NCBI GenBank assembly: GCA_963693365.1
Contig: CAVNZM010000005.1
Location: forward strand, 10,024,334-10,088,333
Source of the DNA: Amoebidium appalachense
Lineage: Eukaryota > Protista > Ichthyosporea
Direction of reading: 5' to 3'
Length of the DNA stretch: 64,000 nucleotides
The position numbers and the translations under genes were made by a program. The stretch's first letter is position 1. Each line of letters starts with the position of its first letter. Under the pieces are notes generated by a model. It made no database searches. It was not told the origin of the DNA and was given only the letters and a program-made list of their open reading frames with translations. Positions 1 through 13,019 of this stretch are shown in pieces.

Positions 1-339
1 AAACATCACACTTTACCATATATGGCTGATCCGATCGATCCGGATTGGGGTTTACCAAACCGATGCACAAACATCATGAACAGACCTCCGGAGATTTCTG
101 TTCATGTCCACACGTTCGTGTGCGCCTCTTTGGAAATGAGGATACATTCTTTTCTTTACCCCCTACTTCCACCACCGCCGTCCACGCCCTTCATCACACA
201 CATACACTCACTCACTCACTCACTCACCCTCTCACTTGCTCTCTCTCTCTCTTGTCCCTTACACCAACACACACACACACACACACCATTATGGAAACGT
301 GCACACAACATAACCACTCATCTTCCACCTGCAACCCCC

Positions 340-1342
340 GGCTGATGCTGCATACTTGAATGTTTGCCTTTGCATGTGTCCTGCACCATGCTTCTCATCG
401 TGTATGCGTACTTCGTACTGTGTTCCGCATTCAAAACCCCCCCTGTCTTCTTTCAGAGGTGTCCTTTCAGGACAGACCACTGTGTGGAGACATCTTTACT
501 TCCATGCAACCGGGCATGGTTGCTCTGTGTCGTGCATCTGTAAGCACATACGCGTTTGTCGCTGCACTGCATTAGTTTGCACATACATCTTCACCGTTTT
601 GCTCACCTTGCTTGCATAAGCAACCCTGCTCGTCTTTGATCAAGACGGGTTGACCCACCCAAGTTCAGTTGATGCTGCTGTCTGAGTTGGAGCGTCGTAT
701 ATACGCGGGCTAAGGGGTCGAAACTCAGACGCAATTGATGACTTGGGCCCTCCCTGAGGATGGGCTCTGCTTATGACGCATACTGTGCGCATGGCTGATG
801 CTGCATACTTGAATGTTTGCCTTTGCATGTGTCCTGCACCATGCTTCTCATCGTGTATGCGTACTTCGTACTGTGTTCCGCATTCAAAACCCCCCCTGTC
901 TTCTTTCAGAGGTGTCCTTTCAGGACAGACCACTGTGTGGAGACATCTTTACTTCCATGCAACCGGGCATGGTTGCTCTGTGTCGTGCATCTGTAAGCAC
1001 ATACGCGTTTGTCGCTGCACTGCATTAGTTTGCACATACATCTTCACCGTTTTGCTCACCTTGCTTGCATAAGCAACCCTGCTCGTCTTTGATCAAGACG
1101 GGTTGACCCACCCAAGTTCAGTTGATGCTGCTGTCTGAGTTGGAGCGTCGTATATACGCGGGCTAAGGGGTCGAAACTCAGACGCAATTGATGACTTGGG
1201 CCCTCCCTGAGGATGGGCTCTGCTTATGACGCATACTGTGCGCATGGCTGATGCTGCATACTTGAATGTTTGCCTTTGCATGTGTCCTGCACCATGCTTC
1301 TCATCGTGTATGCGTACTTCGTACTGTGTTCCGCATTCAAAA
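340..1342 (+). mobile_element. Head-to-tail array of C-tailed element subfamily A (partial unit + 2 units, period 453 bp)
   Basis: 444-896 recurs from 897, and 340-443 is the 3' end of a further unit. Each unit ends in CCGCATTCAAAA followed by a C-run. The same sequence is dispersed elsewhere in the window. Confidence 0.85.
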
Positions 1343-1376
1343 CCCCCCCCCCCCCCCTCCCCCCCCTCCCGTGCGG

Positions 1377-1945
1377 AAGGATGGGCTCTGCTTATGAATT
1401 GGTCGAAATTCTGGTATTGTGGATGACGTGGGCCCTCCGCGAGGATGGGCTCTGCTCATTAAGCATTCTCTTCATGTATGGCTTGCATTCTGCATTGTGT
1501 TGTCCGTCCCGAATATGTCTTTCGTACTCTGTAACACACTCTAACCCCCCCCCCCCCCCTCCCTCCCCCCCCCCCCCCCCCCCCCCCCCCATGAATATCT
1601 TTCGTACTCTGTGACACACTCTAACCCCCCCCCCCCCCCCCCCCCCCCATTCAGCCGGCACCACCCACGCAGTCTGGTGGCTGGGGTGCTGATCCATTTG
1701 GCAGCAGTCAGCCGGCCCAGAGACCCTCGGTGGCCCAATCCGACCCGTTTGGTTCTGCTTTTGGTGCCCCTACCCCTGCACAGGCCTCTCCTTGGGGCTC
1801 CTCCCCTGCTGCTGCCGGTGAGTTTTTTTTTTTTTTCTTTTTTTCTTTTTTGTTTTTTTTTGAAAGCTTGTATGTGCTATGCATAATCTGCATGGTGTTG
1901 TTCGGCGTGAATATGCTCGTCGTACTCAGTAACACATTCTATCCC
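1377..1945 (+). mobile_element. Fragments of C-tailed element subfamilies B/D (1377-1545, 1591-1625, about 1865-1945)
   Basis: The first has the GATGACGTGGGCCC-TCCGCGAGGA-TGGGCTCTGC core. All share the TCGTACTCwGTrACACAyTCTA tail ending at C-runs. Confidence 0.65.
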
Positions 1946-1948
1946 CTC

Positions 1949-1979
<31 letters not shown>

Positions 1980-2837
1980 AAAACACACACACACACACAT
2001 ACACACATACACACACACAAACACACACGCATGCATATGTACAGCACCCAAAACCGACTTCCAGCGTCGTCTCTCCGGCGACGCCGGGGGCAGCAGCCCA
2101 TTCGGAGCCGCCCCAGCACCCAAACCCGCCTCCGCAGACCCGTGGGGCTCCCCCGCCAAAACCGCCCCCACGTCCACACCTGCTTCCGACCCCTGGGGAG
2201 CTCCCTCCTCCGTTCCTAAAGCCCCTGCTCCCTCAAATGATCCGTGGGGCGCCCCTGTTAGCGCCCCTACCCCTGCTTCTTCCGACCCGTGGGGCGCGCC
2301 CCCTGCGGCTGCGGCTCCGTTTGCTTCCCCTGGGAAGAAGGCGCCGGCGGGTGCACCGGGTGGAGGTGTGTGTTTTGTGTTTTTGGGCGGATGGATGGAG
2401 AGGGGGGTGAGTGGGAGGTGAGGGTTGGGGATGGGATAGGGTTTTGCACTTTGCAGGGGAAAGGCGATGAGGGGGGGAGGGGGGAGGGGGGGGGGGGGAG
2501 GGGGGAAGGTTTGAAGGTGAGAGTGATAGAAAAAAGGTGTGCGAGGACATGAGGCCAGTTGGGTTGAGTATTTTCGAGTTTATTTTGTGCATTGTTTCAA
2601 GCGTTTTTTTCGACGCATCCATGTAACAGGGTTTTTCTTTAGTGTTGTTGAAACTGTTTTTCAATGGCATAGGCTTTATTTATATCTTTACAGCTATTGA
2701 GCAATATTTTAACGTTTGAAATCATGCAGCCATGGCGGAGCTGGGCAACATAGCCAAGAATTCCAGCAAGATCGACGAGTTTGCCAGCCTGTCCAACCGT
2801 AAACCCTCCCTCGCTTCGGCTACCTCGGGGTATCTTT

Positions 2838-2878
<41 letters not shown>

Positions 2879-4297
2879 TTCTCTGCTTTACAAACCGAGG
2901 TGAATGTGTAGAAATTTGGGTTCTGTGATCAAATCCCGCTCCCCCGCCGTCGGGGGAGGTTGGGCTCATCATAAGTTGGCATGGGTCAAGTGTGTGGACG
3001 GGTGGGTGGGTTGGTGGGTGTATGTGTGTGCGGGTATGTGTTTGGCATATTCACATGATGCCACATTTCACCTACTGTGACGAGGACTGGATATGCGTGA
3101 TATCATAACACACCCGCCCCCATTCCCACGCACGCACACACAGAATCTCTTTTTTGTTTCCGTCTGTGTCTTGCTCTACCTATGACTTCGGCACTGTTCT
3201 CTGTGAGTTTTTACTCTATACCGTATACGCCAATCGCTCTTCTAAGCGGGATGTTGTTAAGATGGGGCTCTCTACTAACGCCTTTTCTTTTCTGTGTGCA
3301 GTGGTTCGGTAGACCCATGGGATATGAAGGGTCTCGATTCAAATCTCCCCGGTGCCCCACTACAGGCAACCACTGAACAGAAGGTGTGTGGCTAGATACA
3401 AGAGAGAGAGAGAGGGGGGGGGGGGGGGGGGGAGGGAGGGAGGGGAGAGAGAGAGAGAGAGAGAAAGAGTAGGCGGGGGAGGGGGGAGGGAGAGGGAGAG
3501 CGATTGAGGGGGGGGGGGGGGGGGGGGGAGGGAGGGAGGGAAGGAGGGAGGGGGAGAGAGAGAGGGGGGGGGGGAGTGAGGGAGGGAGGAGAGAGAGAGG
3601 GCAGGGAGGGAGAAGAGAGATGGGGGGGGGGGGGGGGGGGGGAGAAGGCAATGGTGACAGCGGGAGGTGTCATTTGTACTGTGGAAAAATAGGGCAACGA
3701 GTGAAGACTGAAGGGTTTAGTACACTTGGGTGTGTTCTATACTATGGTGTGTGGACCAAGCACTCCTGGGGTTAGATGCACTATGCGACGTTCTGAGTGG
3801 TGTAGAGTTGAGACTGGATTTCTTTGTATGTGTGTGTGTGAAGAAGGGGGGGGGGGGGGGGGATAAGATGGCATCCAACACTGCACACAACGGATTTTAT
3901 ATATTGACGTGAATTATGGAGATAGCCTCAGAGTGTGCAACGGTGTATGGGTGCCGAATCGACCAATAGGGACCTATCTGCTAGTGGTATCAGAATACTA
4001 TTTAGCCCATGTGTAACAAACACACACCATTTCCATTGTCGCTTCTCATCACTTCTACACAATCTGTATTTCCATATGTCTCTTTGCAGTGCACACATAC
4101 ACCTATCACATGTTTCCAATTTGTATTTTCTTTACAGTGCACGCACACACATCTATCACATGTTTCCAATTTTATTTTCTGCCCCCGCAGCCGCAGGCCA
4201 AGAAGCCCAACATCCTCGAGAAACACAAAGACCTCGTCAACCTTGACGCCCTGGCCCCGGTAATCATTCCCCCAACACGCGCGCGAGCACGCACACA

Positions 4298-4347
<50 letters not shown>

Positions 4348-4697
4348 GAAAAAGAAGAAGAAGAAGAAGAAGAAGAGAACACATACACAAAGACCTCTGC
4401 TTATTATGCATATCTTTGTGTGGTTTGCACTCTGCCTTTGTTGTCAATTATGAATACTTCGTACACATTATATGCTCTAAGAATTCTCCATCCATCACTA
4501 TCCCCAGAATCCCTCGTTATCCACCTCTCACCAACCATATAACCCCCACAGACCAGCAAGCCCATGACGGGGTCTACCCCGCAGAACCCCTTTGCGCTTG
4601 GTGGGGGCATGGCAGCCCAGCCTGCCTCAACCCGGCCTAACCCCTTCCAGGGAGGCAGCACGGGCCCAATGAACCAGATGAGACCCATGGGTAGGTT

Positions 4698-4730
<33 letters not shown>

Positions 4731-4736
4731 CTCACT

Positions 4737-4770
<34 letters not shown>

Positions 4771-4850
4771 GCTCTTACCAATACATACACCCCACCCACC
4801 CTACTACTTCCCCCCCCCCCCCCCCCCCCCCCCCCTCCCCCCAACGCATG

Positions 4851-4902
<52 letters not shown>

Positions 4903-4924
4903 CACACGCGCGCGCGCACGCACG

Positions 4925-4989
<65 letters not shown>

Positions 4990-5170
4990 CTCTCCCTCCG
5001 CCGCGACGTCCTGCCTGCATTACACCTGGTTTCCATGGGGGATATGAGCATGGCATGCAGTTGGTGTGTGAAGGTTCCGTGTGGTTTTCTTGGTGCATGT
5101 ATGTAGGTGGCTTGCAATGTGTTCTTTGTTTGCCTCTTTACTCCGTATCTATACTGTGGGCCGTATCCAT

Positions 5171-5246
<76 letters not shown>

Positions 5247-5270
5247 CACACACACACACACACATGCACA

Positions 5271-5365
<95 letters not shown>

Positions 5366-5605
5366 CTACCCCCGCTCCTTCCCTCCCCCCCCCCCCCTCC
5401 CCCCCAACACATGGGCTCTGCTTATGACGCATACTGTGCGCATGGCTGATGTTGCATACTTGAATGTTTGCCTTTGCATGTGTCCTTCGTGTATGCGTAC
5501 TTCGTACCGTGTTCCGCATTCAAACCCCCCCCCCCCAACACACACACACATGCACACACCCCCACCTACCCCCCCCCCTCCCCACACACACACACACCTA
5601 CTCCC

Positions 5606-5636
<31 letters not shown>

Positions 5637-5753
5637 ACCTACCCCCGTACCCCCCCCAACACACACACACATGCATGCACCCCCACCTACTCCCCTCCCC
5701 CCCCCCCCCCCCCCCCTCCCCACACACACACACACACCTACTCCCCCCTCCCC

Positions 5754-5811
<58 letters not shown>

Positions 5812-6614
5812 ACACCTGCCCCCGTCCCCCCCACATACACACACACTTATGTGTGCCCTTTTCATGCACCTTCCAACATTTCCCATTGACTTTTATATGT
5901 GCAGGTATGGGTGCGCCTGCCCCGATGGCCGGGGGGTATGGGAATGGGTGGTATGACGGGTGGTATGGGCGGCGGTATGGGTGGGATGCCCATGGGTGGG
6001 GGTATGCCGATGGGTGGTGGAGCAATGCCGATGGGCGGAGCAATGCCGATGGGTGGAATGGGCGGCAATATGGGTGAGTGCTTTTTGATCCAATGAGAAG
6101 AATGTTACAGCTAGTGGCATTGAATGTTTTCAATTACTGTTAGTAGCACAAATTAAATAGTCGGTTTTGACATAAGAGCGAATGTATTTTGATTTTACGG
6201 ATATAAGAGCGCTTTGATATCGTGGGCACGTGCAACATTGTCGTTTTCGCATGTTTCGGATCACCTTTGCTGGCAAGCAACACCTTCCGCTCTCAAAAAG
6301 AGTGCTGATGTGTTGCATTTTTACAACGCTGGTGCTCTATTACTCTGGGCAGGATGACTGTTGTATATTATTTGGTTTGTGGCTTGAGGTGGGAGGGCAG
6401 TACGAGAGGGTGTTAGCAGACGTGTGTTTCAACGTGCTGATTCGTTTCGTCCAACTTTGTTGTTTGTGAACACTCTGGTGTATGTGTACGTGTGTGTGGG
6501 CATAGGATGTAGAGGGTGCCGGTTAGTTGTTGTGCTTCGTTGTTCTGGAATGGAGTCCGGATGGGTTGGAGAACGGGTGTGGGGTGTGTATGTGCGTGTG
6601 TGTGTGTATTTTCC

Positions 6615-6647
<33 letters not shown>

Positions 6648-7412
6648 GGATGTGCTGGTGGTGTGTTTGTCGATGGGTAGGCGGCGGCGGCGGTGGTGTG
6701 TGTGTGGGTGTGTCTGTGCCTGCATGAGGGTGTGTATGTGCGTATGTTTGAGGTGAGGGATGGGGAGACGGGGTTTACGCTTACAAGAAAATTGCGCAGG
6801 TGGTGGCTATGGGCAGCCGATGGGTGGCATGGGAGGTAAATCTTCATCCTCCCCGCGGCTCTGTTCAAGTGTCTTCTGCCTGCACACTTAAATTGTTTGA
6901 TTTTGGGTTTCCCACTTTTGTGACGCTTTGTTGTTGCTCTTTGTTGTCTCCTCCATATTCCCAACCCTTTAACGCATACGTCATCCCCCCCCCTCCCCCC
7001 CCCCCCCCCTCTCCCCCCCCCCCCCTTCCCCCCCCCTTCTCCCCCCTTGTGCGGGAGGGCAGCCCGCCCCAAACACGGATGTATACAAGCACACGCCCAC
7101 ACATACCTTCCATCTTACACATGCACACGAGTGATGCTCTAGCTCTATTTGGAGCTCGGATGTGTGTGTGTGCGTTGGTGGTTACAAATGAATTCACTCG
7201 CAGACAGATGTGATTAACATAAACGTGAGAAGAAGTGTGTTTGTGATGTTGAGAGGTAGTCGGGTTAATAATAGGGGAAAAAAAGAAATGTGTAGAAAGA
7301 AAATGGACAGGAAACTGGGCGGATGATGAGTGTCTTGCGAGTGGGTGGGTGTTGACGAGAATGTGGGGAAAAGAGCGCGAGAGGGGGGGGGGAGGGGGAG
7401 GGGGGGGGGGGG

Positions 7413-7459
<47 letters not shown>

Positions 7460-8447
7460 TCACACGTGCGCGCGCACACACACGCACAGGCACAAGCACA
7501 CAGACATAAATGTTTGAGAGGAAGACAGAGAGGGCGGGGGTTTACTGGGAAGAGGTTGAGAGGGGAGAGAGAGAGAGGGGAGTTGTTCCCACGAAGCCAA
7601 CTGGTGTTTGCAGGCAACATGGGGATGGGAGGCTACGGGGCAGGAGGGTTCCAACAGCCACCCATGCAACAGCCCATGGGGGGGTATGGCCAGCCTATGG
7701 GCAACATGAACCCATACGGTATGTGTATTGATGTTATATTAGACATATATGCGCAATTATAAATATACATATTTATAATATGCGGTACGTGCCTGCTCAT
7801 GAACCACATACACAGAAAGCCCCATATGCGCAAACAGGCATATACGTATGCTGGCGCCCACACACAGAGGTGTGTAAAGATAAAGACACACACAGGCAGG
7901 CATGTACACATATTGCTATTTTTTTTCAAGTCTCTAATTTTATATTTTTTTTGCACGCGCCAAAGATTCCTATAGGCACATTACAGAAGAGAGAGGTGCA
8001 AATGAGGGGAGACTGGGATACGCATGCACGTGGCACACAGACATGCACAAGCGCACATACAAGCATGAATGCTCCACACAGACAGTCAGTTGTGCACACA
8101 CACAGCCACACACACACACAAAGAACACTTACAACCCAGACAAGCATGCACGTGCCCGAATGCACAAATTTGCAAGAGATACACGTGCACACAAGCACAT
8201 GTGCTTATGACTGAAAAAACAATGCACGTGAAAAGGCAAGTAATGCAACAACACACAAGTGCTCTGGTGTCCTTCTTCTTCTTCTTCTTTTTTTTTTTTT
8301 TTTTGCCCCGACCTCTTCTTTGCTTGCCCCCTCCCCCTTCCCCCCCCCCCCCCCCCCCCTCCTCCCCCAATACACACACACACACACAAACACAAACACA
8401 CACCACCCTCCCCACCAACACCACCACCACCGCCGCCACCACAATCA

Positions 8448-8543
<96 letters not shown>

Positions 8544-8773
8544 TGAAAGACACACACACACACGCACACACACACACAGACACACACACACACACACACA
8601 CACACACCACCCGCCATGCAACCACACCAAACTGCTTACCCTCTTGTCTCCTCCAAGTTTCCACCCTTTTGCTATTGTTGTTAGCCTACTAATACTTATA
8701 CCCGCATGTTGTTGGTTGTGTGCGCGCAGGTCAACAGCAGCAGCAACCGTTTGGCAGCAACCCGTTCGGTTAA
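1655..8773 (+). CDS. EPN: Epsin-family endocytic adaptor, 3' part (ENTH domain presumably upstream of the window)
   Basis: Phase-compatible GT-AG exons at about 1655-1817, 2045-2365, 2730-2829, 3302-3383, 4191-4259, 4552-4690, 5906-6073, 6800-6835, 7614-7718 and 8730-8773. They encode DPF/DPW repeats (five DPW), a clathrin-box-like LVNLD, two internal NPF motifs, a Gly/Met-rich tract and a terminal SNPFG-stop. One extra G near 5931-5936 must be removed to keep the frame, probably a homopolymer error. Confidence 0.85.
4080..4172. repeat. Tandem duplication of about 49 bp in an epsin intron
   Basis: TCTTTrCAGTGCACrCAyACAyCTATCACATGTTTCCAATTT occurs twice. Confidence 0.7.
5411..5524 (+). mobile_element. 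Truncated subfamily A copy with an internal deletion of about 15 nt
   Basis: ATGGGCTCTGCTTATGACGC...CCGCATTCAAA(C)n, with a C-tract just upstream. Confidence 0.8.
6856..6984 (+). mobile_element. C-tailed element subfamily C copy
   Basis: GGCTCTGTTCAAGTGTCTTCTGCCTGCACACTT...CTCCATATTCCCAACCCTTTAACGCATACGTCAT(C)n. Matches the reverse complement of 34427-34545 and also 46471-46622. Confidence 0.75.
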
Positions 8774-9344
8774 CCCACCACATAACAGCCATAGCCTGAT
8801 ATGCTAGTGCACACACTCGAAACACGTTGTATTACACCCGTTTTATGTGAGCTAGCAAGACACGGAAGCACTATGTTAGTGGTTATGGGATCTGTGATTG
8901 GTCGTGGTTAAACGGTTTATGTTAAGCTTTGAATTTATAAAGTGTTTTGTTGGCCAATAAACTCACAGGTCACGTTATCATGAGATAGGGTTGTTTTGTT
9001 GTGTTGATTGCTTACAGAGACGGATATTTAAATATCATTCGTTTGCATGTGGTTAGTAGTGGGTAAAGTAAAGGTAGAATGGTCAGAGCATAAATGAACT
9101 ATGTCCATGTTGATATACTGTTTCTTTTTATCAAACGGTTGTTTAAGGTTGCAAGTGTTGCAATGCATCCAAATAAAGAAGTTGATGATATGTGACGTGT
9201 GGTGTAGCTTCTTTCCAGCACATGCAGTTTATAGTCAGAAATTTATCAAGGTGGGCTGCTTGTCAACCTGGTGGAAGTGAAACATTAGACCGTACACTTC
9301 AGGGTGTGCATGCATGTTCCTGGGCTTTTCATTTGAGACTGGTG

Positions 9345-9395
<51 letters not shown>

Positions 9396-11404
9396 GTCGT
9401 TGTTCGGATCACGTGGTGTTGATGTGGGCGGGGGGGGGGGGGGGGGGGGGGGGGGGAGGGGGGGGAGGAGGACGATGGTTTTTTCTTTTTTCTTTTTTTT
9501 TTTTTTTTTGGGGGGGGGGGGGCAGTCCTCGGCCGCACACACATGCGCAAGGGAAGAGGACGAAGTAGAAAGGGTAATGGTGGGGCACAGGTAGCAAGGT
9601 GCACATGTGTGTGTGTGGAGAATTGTGTAGTATATACGTTGGCAATGAGGTAGCTGTAGCTACTATCTATAGGGCACCGGCTGAAACGCGTTTTTGGCAA
9701 GGGCCCCCCCCCACCCCCCCCCCTCCCTTCCCCCCCCCCCCCCCCGTGATTGCAGAGCCACACACACACACATACGTGCGTGCACATCAGCCAATCCCTT
9801 CTCCTGTAATTTTGCCCTGTCGACGCCACCCGTGCTTGCAGGGCGCGGATTGTAAGTCATGCCCCGTGTAGTATACACACAGCTTGCACATGTTAGTCTA
9901 CAGTTCAAGATGAAGTTTGGCCACCGGCCCCGCCGGCCGGTTTGAATTTGAATTAATCAAAGGGGATCGATGTCGCTCCGGGCCCATTATGATGCATGGA
10001 AATCGATCCTTGCAGTGTACGTCTACTGTGGGAGCGTCATGTACACTAAATATTATTTCGTACGAGACCAGTGTGTGTGCCTGGACATGTAGAATGTGTA
10101 TCATACAGACTGTTCACATATACAAGTACCGACAAGCCCCCCGTGACATGCCTTTGGCCTAGACATGGATCCATCAGCCACACGTCATCAACACGAATAA
10201 GCAGATGTCCCTGATGTCATATGTCATTAATATTTACATCCTGGGTCTATACTCAGACTTTATTAGGCAAGACAAGCAAACTGCTTGCTGCAGCATTTGT
10301 GTACATGACAATGAACAGCATGTGAACACATGGTCACTCAGGAAATGTACAATTACCACGTGATTTCAAGTTACTTCTAACTTTTTGACCAGCTGTAAGA
10401 AAGAGTCAGCGCGCTAAAAGTTAGCCTAACTTGAGAGGGATAGCCTTGAAAGTTCAGGCAATATAAACAACATTCGCTCATGATGAACTCCGAATATGCA
10501 CATAATATGAGTCTGTTCCCATGCGTAATCAAACGATGTCAACCCCTCTCCTCTGTATACTGTAACACAAACAGCTTCACGCGCGTGTCGCCCCCATGGT
10601 ATTTCGTACTCGGAGCAATGAAATAAAGCCATCTTATTTGCAACAAACCCCCCGTTCCCCCTCCCCCCCCCCCCCCCCCTCCCCCCTCCCCCCGCGAAAA
10701 ACAAATAAATAAATAAAATTTTGTCAGCTTCCCAGCCGTGGGTGTGTAATTGCTACCTAGTGTACACAAAACTGTGCACACATGCACACACCGCATTAAA
10801 CTCGCTTTCCAAACCCATCTTGATCCAGGCATCGGCAGCCTGTCTTCTTCGAAGAAAGCAAAACTAACTAGGTTATGTTTTCTTATCCCTTGCGCCTGAA
10901 AGTTGACGGTGTGTCATGATCACTGTGCTGGATCCTTGCCGTCAGGACTGCCTTCATGAAAATGTATGTATTATGCGGCAAACCTTTTGATGCCCTTGCT
11001 CTTCGAGTCTCTCATGGCTCATAGTCCTCCTCTCCCATCTGCAAGCAAGTCGGCCCTTGTAAGTGCTGTAAATGTTCAGAAAGTGCAGAACCAGGTGCAA
11101 ATAAAGGCGGTTATAGATACTCACCCTTTGCCAATCTTCGTTCTCGAAACTGGTTCAGACGATGAGACACAAGAGCTAAGAGTTTGAAAAAGGAGCCTCG
11201 CCGCTAAACAGCATGCAAACTCGATCAAGCCCAAACAAGTGTAATTGGGAAGTCGCACATTACCCCAAACACGAGCAAATGCAATTACGGGACTTTAGGT
11301 CGCGGCGGCCGGGAGGGAAGGGGGGGAGGGGGGGGGGTTCCTAATGGCTTGCTGCCCAAAGCCAAGAAACTAACTTTGATGAACGGAAGGAGAAGGCAAA
11401 TTAC

Positions 11405-11680
11405 CTTGAAAGGATTCGAGCTCGCGTCCTCGACTTTCAGGGTGTACGTTCCCCCCTCGGGCACACTGCCAAAATCGACCGTGTAGCAGTGCCATTGCCT
11501 ACTTCTTTCTACAGTCATCTCCTCCTTCACACGTGGCTGAAACACTTGCTGTTGTTCGTTGATCAACATGACATTATGGATAGATAAGGGCCGTGTGGCC
11601 AGAAGCATCGCTGTGCGCGTTTTGTTTCCTTGTTGGAGAGAGCTGAAGTGGAGTGCTACTTTGTTCTTTAGGATCTGCAT
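11405..11680 (-). CDS. Probable coding exon resembling the N-terminal Ig-like module of GH9-type glycoside hydrolases; rest of gene unresolved or degenerate
   Basis: ATG follows an acceptor and AAAA context. The peptide MQILKNKV...CYTVDFGSVPEGGTYTLKVEDASSNPFK ends at a strong donor AAG/GTAATT. The DF..V...GTY.L.V....S.PF pattern recalls CelD_N modules (recognised from memory). No catalytic DAGD motif was found downstream. Confidence 0.4.
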
Positions 11681-12751
11681 TTTTGTGCTGGGGAGGTTTG
11701 GCTAAGAAAGCCCCAATAGGGTTGAAGGTAGAAGAGATGAAAAAGGCAAGTGTAAAGTCTAACGATTGCCGTCGATGTCGTTTGGTCAGCAAAGTTATGC
11801 ATGTAGCGAAGTCAGGCAGCTTTTTGGGATATAAGATTAAAGAGAAACGTGCATGGCTCTTGGGATACACATGCGGTTACATGGTGTACGTGTAGCATCT
11901 GTGAGGGGGTCGATAATACTCTTTGCCTCCAAGTTTGCCGCTTTTTATGAAGTTTGTTTTTACCCTGTAGCTGTGCTCTGGGTGCAGGGAGAAATGAGCT
12001 TACACTTCTATATACTCACAGCTCAGGTGATATGTTGGTGATAGAGATCTATGACTTATAACGAATTGAAAACGTTATATCATGAGTAATCATTTTGATT
12101 GGGGAGAAAATCATGCTTTTTGAGGAACTGGCCGCTCAGTGCACAGCGGTGCTCGGGCACTGGTACCGGTTTTATGGCTAGATCTTTCCGTGAGCATCGA
12201 GCCCCCTTCCTACTGGACGATCTTAGCCAATAGTAATTCTTTAACCCTTGCTCGCATTCTTGAAGAAGAGGCTCTGAGAGTCTGGCCCTCCGGCGCACTA
12301 CCGGCCTTCAACTCCCGAGGTTTCCGTGGCTAAAGTAGTCACAATAGAGCGCACTTTGTTTACATCCGCGCGCATGTACGTTGTTTCACACCGGGGCTTC
12401 ATGCACAGAACCCCAAGACAACTGGCACTCATATTGGGCACAGGTATCCAGCAGTGCCTACGGTGTGTACATCTTATGGCTGTGTGTTTGTTTGTGTGCT
12501 CGCTCTCTTTGAATATCTGACGTGCCTTTGTGTGTGTGAACACATGTATGATGTGTACACGTGTGCGTTTCATGGTACGTACCAACCAAGGCCTCGCTCC
12601 TATTCTCGAACGGTTTCTGCGACTGAAACATCACGATGAACTTCCCCACTTTGTTTACACGCACAGGTGCACCGGGTTTCACACCGGGACTTTAGGCACA
12701 GGAACATAATGTAATTGGAACTAATTAATCAAGGTTATGTTAACGTTGTGC

Positions 12752-12806
<55 letters not shown>

Positions 12807-12986
12807 CCTGTGTGTGTATCACGGTGTGTGCGTCACGGTGTGCGTGTGTGTGTGTGTCACGGTGTGTGCGCGCGCACGTGTGACGGGGTGTGCACGTGTT
12901 ACAGTATGTGTATGAGGGTTTTCTTTTTTTGCACGTGTGTGCGAGCGTGTGTGTGTGTGTGTGTGTGTGCGTGTGTGCGTGTGTGT

Positions 12987-13019
<33 letters not shown>

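Noticed and set aside
715-780. Hammerhead ribozyme, SECIS or C/D-box reading of the element core
   Set aside because: CTGAnGA, GAAA and ATGA are present, but the required helices, apical AA and box spacing could not be built. Kept only as a conserved hairpin.
356-1072. Cys-rich ORFs inside the 453-bp repeat
   Set aside because: No recognisable domain; differences versus the 44332 copy are largely non-synonymous in the frames checked.
5931-5936. Frameshift in the epsin Gly/Met exon as programmed recoding or pseudogenisation
   Set aside because: A single extra G in a G-run with intact exons on both sides; most simply a sequencing error.
11288-12696. 12-bp direct repeat CGGGACTTTAGG at 11288 and 12685 as a target-site duplication
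   Set aside because: No element termini or tail between the copies; could be chance.
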